Source: Nanobdellota archaeon
GTDB lineage: Archaea > Nanobdellota > Nanobdellia > UBA10117 > ARS21
Length of the DNA: 35,669 nt
Assembly: GCA_014239585.1 (NCBI GenBank)
Contig: JAAZYP010000001.1
Location: forward strand, 73,752 to 109,420
Direction: 5' to 3'
Within the stretch, counting starts at the first letter, position 1, and each line of letters begins with the position of its first letter. Positions 1 through 8,939 of this stretch are shown here, piece by piece. Both the position numbers and the translations under genes were made by a program. Below the pieces are notes generated by a model. The model was not told the DNA's origin. It did not search any database and saw only the letters and a list, made by a program, of their open reading frames with translations.

Positions 1-181
1 ATTTTTTCCAATTATTTTTTATCCAAATTTTTTTCTTCATTAAAAATGCATCAATAAATTCAATCGGTATTTTTTCTCCAACATTTAGTCTAACACCCAG
101 TTCATCAATCTTTAATGAAACAGATTTACTATTTGTCCAATTAACATTATACGGTATTCCCAAATTATCTAAGATTTTCAT
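1..181 (-). CDS. Partial ORF (N-terminus only), probable YgjP/DUF45-like M48-family metal-dependent hydrolase
   Basis: Not in the ORF track. ATG at 181 directly follows the TAA of the upstream ORF. Reads MKILDNLGIPYNVNWTNSKSVSLKIDELGVRLNVGEKIPIEFIDAFLMKKKIWIKNNWKK off the window edge, resembling the YgjP N-terminal pattern (SxSLxI...I.xFL.xK.xWI). The catalytic HExxH is outside the window. Confidence 0.55.
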   Translation of the reverse strand, partial: MKILDNLGIPYNVNWTNSKSVSLKIDELGVRLNVGEKIPIEFIDAFLMKKKIWIKNNWKK

Positions 182-574
182 TTAGAATGGTAAAAATGAT
201 TCAACAAATGGCCAAATATAAGGAGTTCCTGCAACCAAAATTCCAATAACTAAACTGTGTGCCCACCGTTCGTGTGTACCTGGACCTCTTGCCCTAGAAA
301 ATACTGCAGATTTAGCATGCGTTACAATCACCGCAAGCAATCCCAATAATGTTAACATAATATATTGGTTAGATAGAAAACTAGGTAATCCCATTCCGAC
401 AATAAATCCAATATTTAATGCAGCGAAAGTCAAAGCAATAATATAAATCATCGAAGAAAGACCATGCATTATTGTAGATTTAGCATCACCCGACAAATCT
501 GAAATCATAAACCCAATATCAATTAAACCAATAATTGCACCCCAAATAATTGCACCAATGATTTCTAAAGCCAT
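182..574 (-). CDS. Hypothetical integral membrane protein (~4 TM)
   Basis: Four hydrophobic segments. ATG 574 is preferred over TTG 583 because TTTATATA lies about 22-30 nt upstream of it. Confidence 0.75.
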   Translation of the reverse strand: MALEIIGAIIWGAIIGLIDIGFMISDLSGDAKSTIMHGLSSMIYIIALTFAALNIGFIVGMGLPSFLSNQYIMLTLLGLLAVIVTHAKSAVFSRARGPGTHERWAHSLVIGILVAGTPYIWPFVESFLPF

Positions 575-652
575 ATCTATCAAAGTGTGACGTTCTATAT
601 AAAATTTTCTCGGGCAAAGAAAGTCTTTAATATTCTCCTCCTTAGATTAAAT

Positions 653-2101
653 ATGGTCGATATATCTGCATTTATTAAAAAAAACGGGTTAATTTGGGGT
701 CCGGAACCAGAAATTTATGATGGAATTGCAGGATTTTATACATATGGACCTCTCGGAAAACTACTTAAAAATCGAGTTGAAAATCAAATCCGAAAAACAT
801 TTTCAAAATTTGATATGTGGGAAGTCGAAACGCCATTGATTTCACCGGAAATTGTATGGGAAGCATCAGGTCACCTTGGAGGATTTACAGATCCGTTAAT
901 TAAAGATGAAAAAGGCGGATTACATCGAGTAGATAAATTAATTGAAGAACAATTAATTAAGGATGGAAAAAATCCCGATGAATTTAATATAGGAAATATG
1001 AGCAACAAAGAACTTCTAAAATTTATTAAAGATAATAAAATATTGGCACCAAATGGAAGACAACTTCAAGAAAAAATCGTAGATCATAATTTAATGATGG
1101 AGACAACAGTTTCAACAGATACTCGAGCATTTAATCGCCCAGAAACTGCAACATCTACTTATTTACCTTTCAAAAATTATCACGAATATTTTAGAAAAAA
1201 AGTTCCATTTGGAATTTATCAAATTGGTAAAGCTTTTCGAAATGAAATTTCCCCACGAAATAATGTATTAAGAGGAAGAGAATTTACTCAAGCTGAAGGT
1301 CAAATTTTTTTACATGAACACCAAAAGAAAGAAACGGAATTATCTAAAAAAATATTATCTACGGAACTACCTTTCTGGTCATATGCAATGCAAGATGAAA
1401 AAAAGAATTGGAATAAAATTTCAATAAAAAGTGCATTAAAAAAAGGACTTATCAAATCAAGAGGTTATGCGTATGCACTTGCAATTTCTTTCGAATTAAT
1501 AAACTCATTAAATATACCTAAAGAGCGAATCAGATATAGACAGCACAATCCCAACGAATTAGCATTTTATGCAGAAGATGCATGGGATTTAGAAGTTAGA
1601 ACTAATTCTCAAGCATGGGTTGAAGTCGCAGGTGTCCATGATCGTAAAAATTATGATTTAACACAACATCAAAAAAAATCAAATACTTCATTCAAAGTGG
1701 AAGGAGAAGTACCACATATTTTAGAAATTGCCTTTGGAACAGATAGAATTACTTATTCGTTAATAGATATTTTTGCTGAAGAAGAAAAAATAGGTAAAGA
1801 TACTAGAACTGTTTGGAAACTGCCAAAAAATATGGCACCAATTAGATTTGCAATATTTCCGCTGCAGAAAAAAGATGGTCTTCCTGAAAAAGCAAGTGAA
1901 ATTTATGATTTGTTATCTGAAAAATATCAGTGTGTTTATGATGAAGCCGGATCTATCGGTAAGCGATATCGACGACAAGATGAACGCGGAACACCACACT
2001 GCATAACTATCGATTATCAAACTCTTGAAGATAAAACTGTAACTCTTAGAGAAAGAGATAGTATGGAACAGAAAAGAATAAAAATTAACGATCTAAATTA
2101 A
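653..2101 (+). CDS. glyS: Glycine--tRNA ligase (alpha2, archaeal/eukaryal type)
   Basis: Motifs YGPLG, WEASGH, RPETA, QIGKAFRNEISPR...REFTQAE and EIAFGTDR, plus anticodon domain GSIGKRYRRQDE. Start trimmed to ATG 653. Confidence 0.97.
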   Translation: MVDISAFIKKNGLIWGPEPEIYDGIAGFYTYGPLGKLLKNRVENQIRKTFSKFDMWEVETPLISPEIVWEASGHLGGFTDPLIKDEKGGLHRVDKLIEEQLIKDGKNPDEFNIGNMSNKELLKFIKDNKILAPNGRQLQEKIVDHNLMMETTVSTDTRAFNRPETATSTYLPFKNYHEYFRKKVPFGIYQIGKAFRNEISPRNNVLRGREFTQAEGQIFLHEHQKKETELSKKILSTELPFWSYAMQDEKKNWNKISIKSALKKGLIKSRGYAYALAISFELINSLNIPKERIRYRQHNPNELAFYAEDAWDLEVRTNSQAWVEVAGVHDRKNYDLTQHQKKSNTSFKVEGEVPHILEIAFGTDRITYSLIDIFAEEEKIGKDTRTVWKLPKNMAPIRFAIFPLQKKDGLPEKASEIYDLLSEKYQCVYDEAGSIGKRYRRQDERGTPHCITIDYQTLEDKTVTLRERDSMEQKRIKINDLN

Positions 2102-2105
2102 AAAA

Positions 2106-2249
2106 ATGCTAGTTCGTATATTTGGAATTGCAGATTTATTGGCAGCTTTATTTTTGTTATCAGTAAGTTTTGATAGTGCAGCACTGAACATAGTTTTGAA
2201 ATCCATAATGGTAATCCATCTATACAAAGGAATGTTAAGTTTAATTTAG
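2106..2249 (+). CDS. Small 47-aa two-helix membrane protein
   Basis: Hand-translated MLVRIFGIADLLAALFLLSVSFDSAALNIVLKSIMVIHLYKGMLSLI*. Starts 4 nt after the glyS stop and exactly fills the gap up to the convergent PduO stop. Confidence 0.7.
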   Translation: MLVRIFGIADLLAALFLLSVSFDSAALNIVLKSIMVIHLYKGMLSLI

Positions 2250-2785
2250 ATATCAAAATAAACCTTTTTTTCTCCAACACCAGATTCCTTATTTTCTTTT
2301 AATGCAGCCAGATAAAAATAATCGGAAAGTCGATTTAAATATTTTAATAAGAACTTATTAATTTCTCGTTCTTGAGCTATCTTAACAACAGAACGTTCTA
2401 ATTTACGCGAAAGAGTTCTAGACATATGAATCATTGATCCAATTTCAGATCCACCAGGCATTACAAAACTATTAATCGGGCCAATATCGGCCTCTAAAAA
2501 TTTACATAAAATCTCAATTCTTTCTAAGTGTCTTTCTTGAATTCTTTTAGTCCTCGACTCATGTGCAGTCCCAATCGGAGTCGCAATATCAGCACCAACC
2601 ACGAATAATTCGTTTTGTATTTTTTCAAAATCATCAAAATATTTTCGTGATTGAATAAGTCCAATAAACGCATTCAATTCATCGGAAATTCCAATCGCAT
2701 CAATTGTTGTTGAATTTTTTCCAATGCGCGTTCCATCAAACAATGAAGTGTTTCCATTGTCACCATTTTTAGTAGAAATACTCAT
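2246..2785 (-). CDS. pduO: ATP:cob(I)alamin adenosyltransferase, PduO type
   Basis: Motifs STKNGDNGNT, DELNAFIG, QNELFVVGADIA, PGG, RTLSRKLER and YLNRLSD. ATG 2785 is 1 nt after the nrdJ stop. Confidence 0.92.
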   Translation of the reverse strand: MSISTKNGDNGNTSLFDGTRIGKNSTTIDAIGISDELNAFIGLIQSRKYFDDFEKIQNELFVVGADIATPIGTAHESRTKRIQERHLERIEILCKFLEADIGPINSFVMPGGSEIGSMIHMSRTLSRKLERSVVKIAQEREINKFLLKYLNRLSDYFYLAALKENKESGVGEKKVYFDI

Positions 2786-2786
2786 A

Positions 2787-5700
2787 TTATGAACAGCCAC
2801 TGGTTGCGCCACAAACATCACATAATTCGCATGCACCATTTTGTCGCATCATCATCGCACCGCATTCGCCACACTTACTTCCCGTGTAACCCATTGCCTT
2901 AATTGCGTCGTCAGTTTCTTCATCTTCAGTCAATACTTCAGTATTACCTGTAGATGAAAGTTTTGTTTGAATAATTTGTTGAGAGTATTCACCCCTTAAT
3001 ACATCTTCAACTTTTTTTAAGACTGGATGATCTTTCCAACTAGAAAAACATTCATCAATAAGTTCTTGAGTTTCATGTCCGCGAGAAAGTGAAAAACTTA
3101 ATGTACTGCTTATAAAGTCCAAAATTTCCTGATTACTCGGCGTAGTTTTTGGCATGACCAATTTAACTTTAATCAATTTACCTGCTTCGCTAACACTTGT
3201 ATGAACATACAAATCCTGAGGACCAACTTTGTGATGATTAATTGTTTCAACAGTTGCAAGTTCTAATTTTTTATTTGAACCAACTTCTTGAATTTTTTCA
3301 GTAAGGATAGCATCAAGTTCAGCATTAATCCCTGATGTTGAAGATAAAGGTTGACTTAATTTACTTTCATCTCGATATAATGCAACAGCTTTAACCATTA
3401 ATTTCCAACTATCATAATATGCTGATTTTATATCTTCAACACTGACTTCTCGAGGCATATTTATTGTTTTACTGATAGCTCCAGAAATAAAGGATTGAGC
3501 TGCAGCCATCATTTTAATGTGTCCACTATGATGAATGTATCTTTTTCCTTTTCGCCCACACTTATTTGCACAATCAAAAATTCTATAATGATCTCCTTTC
3601 AAATGAGGTGCACCTTCTAAAGTCATAGTTCCACATAAATATTCACCTGCGGCATCAATTTCGTCCTTATTAAATCCTAAAAATTTCAACATATTGAAAT
3701 TAGTATTAGTTAGTTGTTTATCCGTTAATCCCAATTTATTCTTACAAAAATCTTCACCTAAGGTCCATTTGTTGAAAATAAATTTAATTTCAAAAGCATT
3801 TTTCGCCTCATTTTCTAAAGCATCTAATTGTAATTTATCAAATCCTTTTTCAGATAAAGTTTTGAAATTGATAAATGGAGCATCTCTAATTGAGCCATGA
3901 CCCACACAATATTTTTCAATATCTCTAATTTGATCATCAGAATATTCTAATTTTTTCAATGCAGGTTTAACTGAATTATTTACGATTTTGAAATATCCCC
4001 CACCAGCTAATTTTTTAAATTTGATAATTGAAAAATCAGGTTCAATACCGGTTGTGTCACAATCCATAACTAATGCAATAGTTCCAGTCGGGGCTATAAC
4101 CGTTACTTGCGCATTTCGATAGCCATTTTTTTGACCAAGTTCTAAAGCATTATCCCACGAAGCTTGTGCTGCAGTTAACATCGCTTTTGGTGCAAGTTCT
4201 TGATTTAACGGAGTTGGTAAAATAGTTAGATCTTCATATGAATCAGATTTTGCAGCATACGCTGCTCGCCGATGATTTCGAATAACTCGCAACATATGAT
4301 CTTTGTTTTCATTATATTTTGCAAAAGCGCCTAATGTGCCGGCCATTTCTGCAGAAGTAGAATAAGATTCGCCACACATTAAGGAAGTTATTCCGCCCGC
4401 AATAGCTCTACCCTTATCTGAATCATACGGTACTGCCATCTTCATCAAAAGAGACCCCAAATTTGCATAGCCCAATCCTAAAGTTCTGAAATCATAACTT
4501 CCTTTAGAAACTGCTTCACTTGGAAATTGCGCCATCAATACTGAAATTTCTAAAGTTATTGTCCAAAGTCGAACTGCATGTTTGAATGCATCAATATCAA
4601 AAGTTCCAGTTTCTTCATCAAAAAATTTGGTTAAATTGATACTTGCAAGATTACACGCAGTATCATCTAAAAACATATATTCTGAACAAGGATTGCTTGC
4701 ATTTATTTTACCACTAACTGGACACGTGTGCCACTCATTAATCGTAGTATTATATTGAAGTCCGGGATCTGCACTAACCCATGCGCTCATCGCAATTTTA
4801 TTCCATAATTTTTGAGCAGGAATTTCTTTGTAAACTTGACCATCGGTTCGATTAGTCAAATTCCAATTCGTATTTGAGTCTAAAGCACTAAAAAATTCAT
4901 TTGAAACTCGAACACTGTTATTACTATTTTGACCTGAAACCGTTACGTATGCTGCACCCTCATAATGAGTATCCATTTCTACAAAATCAATTTTACCAAT
5001 ACCTTGTTTTGCTAACTCCATTACTCTCAAAATCATTCTAGCCGGAACGTGATGAGCATTAGCATCTCTAATCGCACTTCGTAATTTTTGATTTTCACTC
5101 ATATTTGCACCAGATTCATTTGCGATTGCCAAAATTTTATTTAAATATTTTTTACAAATTGCATTACCTGAAACCAATCCTGCGACTTTATTTTCTTCAT
5201 TTGATTTCCAAGTAATAAATTCTTCAATTTCAGGATGATCTATATCTAAGCAAACCATTTTTGCTGCCCGCCGAGTGGTACCACCCGATTTTACAGCACC
5301 TGCCGCCGCATCATTAATTTTCAAAAAAGACATTAATCCCGAGGATTGTCCTCCACCAGATAAAGATTCACCTTTACCTCGAATATCTGAAAAATTTGTT
5401 CCAACACCAGAACCATATTTGAAAATTCTTGCTTCACGCGTTACAAGATCAAAGATTCCTCCTTGGTTTACTAAATCATCTTTAACTGATAAAATAAAAC
5501 ATGCATGTGGTTGTGGTCGAGAATATGCGTCTTTTGAATACATTAATTCTTGAGTTTTTGGATCAACATATGAATGTCCTTGAGCTTTACCCGAAATACC
5601 ATATGCAAAATTTAAACCAGTGTTAAACCATTGCGGAGAGTTTGGAACCGCCATTTGATTCAACATCATATATGCCATTTCCTCGTAAAAAATTTGAGCA

Positions 5701-6047
5701 TCTTTTGTCGAATTAAAATAATCATGAGTTTTACCCCAATGAGTCCAACAACCAACCATTCGATGTACGACTTGCTTTAAACTAGATTCTGATTCAATTT
5801 CAGGAATTCCCTTACGTCTGAAGTATTTTTGAGCTAAAATATCTGTCGCAATTTGAGACCACCCGCTTGGAACTTCCACGTCACTTTGTTCAAAAACAAC
5901 AGATCCATCCGGATTCTTAATGATTGATTTTCTTAAATCATATTCAAACATATCATATGCAGATTTACCTTCTTGAGTAAAATGTCGTTGAACAACTAAA
6001 CCATTAGCGATAGTTTCTTGCTCTGTAGTAAACTCATTAGATTCCAT
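2787..6047 (-). CDS. nrdJ: Adenosylcobalamin-dependent (class II) ribonucleotide reductase
   Basis: Motifs PNSPQWFN, PQPHACFI, GGTTRRAAKM, NPCSEY (thiyl Cys), TACNLAS, IAPTGTI and ISKTIN, with C-terminal CxxC...CxxC-GATSGCS. Confidence 0.97.
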   Translation of the reverse strand: MESNEFTTEQETIANGLVVQRHFTQEGKSAYDMFEYDLRKSIIKNPDGSVVFEQSDVEVPSGWSQIATDILAQKYFRRKGIPEIESESSLKQVVHRMVGCWTHWGKTHDYFNSTKDAQIFYEEMAYMMLNQMAVPNSPQWFNTGLNFAYGISGKAQGHSYVDPKTQELMYSKDAYSRPQPHACFILSVKDDLVNQGGIFDLVTREARIFKYGSGVGTNFSDIRGKGESLSGGGQSSGLMSFLKINDAAAGAVKSGGTTRRAAKMVCLDIDHPEIEEFITWKSNEENKVAGLVSGNAICKKYLNKILAIANESGANMSENQKLRSAIRDANAHHVPARMILRVMELAKQGIGKIDFVEMDTHYEGAAYVTVSGQNSNNSVRVSNEFFSALDSNTNWNLTNRTDGQVYKEIPAQKLWNKIAMSAWVSADPGLQYNTTINEWHTCPVSGKINASNPCSEYMFLDDTACNLASINLTKFFDEETGTFDIDAFKHAVRLWTITLEISVLMAQFPSEAVSKGSYDFRTLGLGYANLGSLLMKMAVPYDSDKGRAIAGGITSLMCGESYSTSAEMAGTLGAFAKYNENKDHMLRVIRNHRRAAYAAKSDSYEDLTILPTPLNQELAPKAMLTAAQASWDNALELGQKNGYRNAQVTVIAPTGTIALVMDCDTTGIEPDFSIIKFKKLAGGGYFKIVNNSVKPALKKLEYSDDQIRDIEKYCVGHGSIRDAPFINFKTLSEKGFDKLQLDALENEAKNAFEIKFIFNKWTLGEDFCKNKLGLTDKQLTNTNFNMLKFLGFNKDEIDAAGEYLCGTMTLEGAPHLKGDHYRIFDCANKCGRKGKRYIHHSGHIKMMAAAQSFISGAISKTINMPREVSVEDIKSAYYDSWKLMVKAVALYRDESKLSQPLSSTSGINAELDAILTEKIQEVGSNKKLELATVETINHHKVGPQDLYVHTSVSEAGKLIKVKLVMPKTTPSNQEILDFISSTLSFSLSRGHETQELIDECFSSWKDHPVLKKVEDVLRGEYSQQIIQTKLSSTGNTEVLTEDEETDDAIKAMGYTGSKCGECGAMMMRQNGACELCDVCGATSGCS

Positions 6048-6137
6048 ATTACGAAGTATTATTTAATTGAAGATTTTGTTTATATTCGTTTATAGTTTTC
6101 AGGAAATAAGACTGTTCCCACTAGGTAAAAATAAAAA

Positions 6138-6413
6138 TTATTTTCTCTTAAAAGTCGTGAATTCATCTGTTGCCTCAGTATATTGAATTTGAACGTTTTC
6201 TACTTCTGAGAGTTTTGGACCGTCTTGACACCACAAATAAAATTCTTTCAAAATATTTTTTGGACCTTCGACAATTATCTCAACAGATCCGGTATCTAAA
6301 TTATCAATCGTCCCAGTTAAACCCAGTTCTAATGCAAATTCACGAGCATGTGCTCTATAAAACACCCCTTGAACCTTTCCAGATACTAGAATTTCAGCGC
6401 GTAGTTTCTCCAT
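6138..6413 (-). CDS. acyP: Acylphosphatase
   Basis: GKVQGVFYR signature and N..GSVEI..EG motif; 91 aa. Confidence 0.93.
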   Translation of the reverse strand: MEKLRAEILVSGKVQGVFYRAHAREFALELGLTGTIDNLDTGSVEIIVEGPKNILKEFYLWCQDGPKLSEVENVQIQYTEATDEFTTFKRK

Positions 6414-7018
6414 TTCTGCTCATTTTTGTAAACCAAAAAACCTCCAATTAATAATGATCCGAAATATAATGTTGAATTTCCAGATAAAATTTTTGCACCA
6501 TCAAACATTCCGAAGGGGATCATATTTATCGCCATTAAAATCATATTTATTTTTTTTGAAACAATCCATGCATGATTATATTTAGGCCATTTTTTACTCA
6601 ATAAAATACCTTCAGATAACCAATAAAGTCCGAAATTAGTTGCCGGTCCAGCCAACGCTAAAATCGCAAATTTTGCAGGATCTGCAACAGCTAAAGTACT
6701 AACTACAAATGCAGGAACAAAAAATATAATGGGAGATTTAACATATTTCAATAAAACTCCAATCCCGAGACCGATTATACTAATATGTAAAATTGAATCA
6801 AATCCGTAAAACAAACCAACAAATTTATGTCCAAATTCATGCAATAAAACTGCAGGTGTGGCGATCATAGCAGCATATTTAAATTCTGCCCAAGAATCAT
6901 GTCCAAAATAGCTAGATAATTCATCTTGTGGTTTTCGGATAAATCCTGAAAAGATATATCCCATCGCCATAGTCAAAATTGCAATATCTATAAGTTCTTG
7001 ACCAGAGATTATTCCCAT
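6386..7018 (-). CDS. M50 (site-2) family intramembrane metalloprotease
   Basis: HEFGH (HExxH), LAGPATN and NMIPFGMFDG (NxxPxxxxDG), with multiple TM helices. Confidence 0.9.
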   Translation of the reverse strand: MGIISGQELIDIAILTMAMGYIFSGFIRKPQDELSSYFGHDSWAEFKYAAMIATPAVLLHEFGHKFVGLFYGFDSILHISIIGLGIGVLLKYVKSPIIFFVPAFVVSTLAVADPAKFAILALAGPATNFGLYWLSEGILLSKKWPKYNHAWIVSKKINMILMAINMIPFGMFDGAKILSGNSTLYFGSLLIGGFLVYKNEQKWRNYALKF

Positions 7019-7059
7019 AATATTCCCTGCTCATACCCGCTTAAATAACTCTCGATTCC

Positions 7060-7080
7060 AAAGAAAAACTTTATAAAAGC
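7060..7080 (+). promoter_or_regulatory. BRE/TATA promoter of rpl15e (leaderless)
   Basis: GAAAAACTTTATAAAA lies about 20-30 nt upstream of ATG 7098, with no SD between. Confidence 0.6.
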
Positions 7081-7097
7081 ACTTCCCAAGCATACTT

Positions 7098-7613
7098 ATG
7101 TCCATGTACAAATACATCAATAAGCTTTGGAAGAGACCAAAAGCACATTTCGGAACTGACGCTTGGAAAAATTGGCTTGTAGAACTTAGAAGTCGACCAG
7201 CATTTGAACGAATTGAAAAACCTACTCGATTAGATCGAGCTAGAGCGCTTGGATATAAATCAAAACAAGGAATTTTTATAATTAGAGGAAGTGTTCCAAA
7301 GGGAACAACTAAACGACCTAAATTTACGGGTGGACGAAGACCTAAGCGATATACTCGAAGAGGAACTCATGCAAGAAGTAAACAATCAGTTATTGAAATG
7401 AGAGCTTCAAGAAAATATCCAAATGCTGAGGTATTAAATTCTTATTGGGTTGGTGAAGATGGAAAACGAGTATGGTACGAAGTCATCATGGTCGACAGAG
7501 ATCACCCATCAATTAAATCAGACAGAACGCTGTCATGGATTACGACTAAGAAAAATCGAGTCGCCAGAGGATTAACTTCATCTGGGAAAAAAGCTAGAGG
7601 ATTAGTTCGATAA
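7098..7613 (+). CDS. rpl15e: 50S ribosomal protein L15e
   Basis: Motifs RIEKPTRLDRARALGYK, LNSYWVGEDG...WYEVIMVD and RGLTSSGKKARGL. Confidence 0.97.
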   Translation: MSMYKYINKLWKRPKAHFGTDAWKNWLVELRSRPAFERIEKPTRLDRARALGYKSKQGIFIIRGSVPKGTTKRPKFTGGRRPKRYTRRGTHARSKQSVIEMRASRKYPNAEVLNSYWVGEDGKRVWYEVIMVDRDHPSIKSDRTLSWITTKKNRVARGLTSSGKKARGLVR

Positions 7614-7645
7614 AAGTTTTTAATAGAATCACGTAATTCTAGTTT

Positions 7646-8356
7646 ATGCGTCGCTACGAAAAAAGCGTAGAGGAGATTACAGATATTCTTGATTCTGCTC
7701 TCGAATCTGGCAAAGCATTTTGGGCAATTGAAGTTGGATCTCGAAATGCTCGAAAACCCAAACTTGAACAAGCCATTAGAGAGGCACAAGATACAAAGAA
7801 TTTTTTAGCAACTAGAGGAGATTATAATCCAATGGTTCTATCAACACTAATTTCTTTAGGATCGGGAATTACGCGTTCAAAAGGAAGAAAACGATTAACA
7901 GACAAAATTGATCGAATTTATGCTGCTGAAATGAATCCAAACATCCTTCAATATACAATTAACAAGATAAATAAATTACAATCAAATTTAATTTTTTCAA
8001 AATCTGAACGAGAAATAATTGAATCATCAAATTATTTGGAATTTGTTACACACGTTCGTTCCAGATCATCAGAAATAATAGATCTCAATCAGGAAACTCA
8101 GGGAAAAATTCCCGAAGAATATTTTTCTCAGATGTTAGGAATGGTTTTTCCTGACGCGATAATTCTCCCGCGAGTACAATATAATTGTGTAGGTGCTCGA
8201 ACACTTAGATTTGAAACTGAAGAATTACATCCTAAACCTTCTGAAGTTGATATTCTCTTAATTGACGATCCAAATACAATTTTCAGAAATGCACCGTTAC
8301 TTGAACAACCACCTTATAATCTGGAGAATCTTTTGCTAACTAAGGATTTAATATGA
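7646..8356 (+). CDS. Hypothetical protein (236 aa)
   Basis: Long ORF with an upstream TTTTTAAT element and an ATGA overlap with the next gene. No family recognised. Confidence 0.75.
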   Translation: MRRYEKSVEEITDILDSALESGKAFWAIEVGSRNARKPKLEQAIREAQDTKNFLATRGDYNPMVLSTLISLGSGITRSKGRKRLTDKIDRIYAAEMNPNILQYTINKINKLQSNLIFSKSEREIIESSNYLEFVTHVRSRSSEIIDLNQETQGKIPEEYFSQMLGMVFPDAIILPRVQYNCVGARTLRFETEELHPKPSEVDILLIDDPNTIFRNAPLLEQPPYNLENLLLTKDLI

Positions 8357-8682
8357 AACAAAAAAAATTAATTTTAATGATTTTAGTAGCATTTTTATTA
8401 CTTACTTTTCTAAATCCTTCTATGGCAAAACAAGGCGATACAGTTGCAGTTGATTATTGGTTAACTGCGGATGACAAACAAATTGATACATCTGAAGGAA
8501 GAGGATTATTTGAATTTACTCTTGGAAAAGGTCAAGTAATTCCAGGTTTCGACAAAGCAGTTGAAGGAATGAAAGTAGGCGAAGAAAAAACAGTAGTTCT
8601 TACTGGAAACGATGCTTATACACAAGGACCACTTGCGGGAAAAGATTTAACTTTCAGAATCATTTTGAGAGAAATTAAATGA
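8353..8682 (+). CDS. FKBP-type peptidyl-prolyl isomerase with N-terminal signal/TM segment
   Basis: GDTVAVDY, FTLGKGQVIPGFDKAVEGMKVGEEK and PLAGKDLTF; basic plus hydrophobic N-terminus. Confidence 0.92.
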   Translation: MKQKKLILMILVAFLLLTFLNPSMAKQGDTVAVDYWLTADDKQIDTSEGRGLFEFTLGKGQVIPGFDKAVEGMKVGEEKTVVLTGNDAYTQGPLAGKDLTFRIILREIK

Positions 8683-8939
8683 ATGTATATGAATCTCGAC
8701 CGGAAACTCCTAAAAACGGAGATATCCACATTTATTCCATGAGAGGTTCATCTATTTTATTTCAAGGAAAATCAGATACAATTCTTTTTGAAGGAGACGT
8801 TTTTGCAGAAAAATATTCTAATGACGAATGGAACAAACTTTCAAAGATTCCGCTAAATTCAAAATTTTATGATTCGAGAGGAGAACGAGAAACGTTAGAC
8901 GATTTCATTCAATATTTTGAAGGATTATCTAAAAAATGA
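8679..8939 (+). CDS. Hypothetical protein (86 aa)
   Basis: Start overlaps the FKBP stop and stop overlaps the next ATG, consistent with translational coupling on both sides. Confidence 0.65.
   Translation: MNVYESRPETPKNGDIHIYSMRGSSILFQGKSDTILFEGDVFAEKYSNDEWNKLSKIPLNSKFYDSRGERETLDDFIQYFEGLSKK

Noticed and set aside
2098-2280. 60-aa minus-strand ORF from the track
   Set aside because: Non-ATG start, and it is antisense to a better-supported 47-aa plus-strand membrane ORF.
2787-6047. Intein or group I intron in nrdJ
   Set aside because: Catalytic motifs are contiguous; no C...HN/C splice junctions or LAGLIDADG motifs were seen.
6048-6137. Cobalamin riboswitch or NrdR box upstream of nrdJ (GGGAA present on the minus strand)
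   Set aside because: Only 90 bp and AT-rich, with no B12-box or pairing potential and no NrdR-box palindrome; it looks like a T-rich terminator plus promoter.
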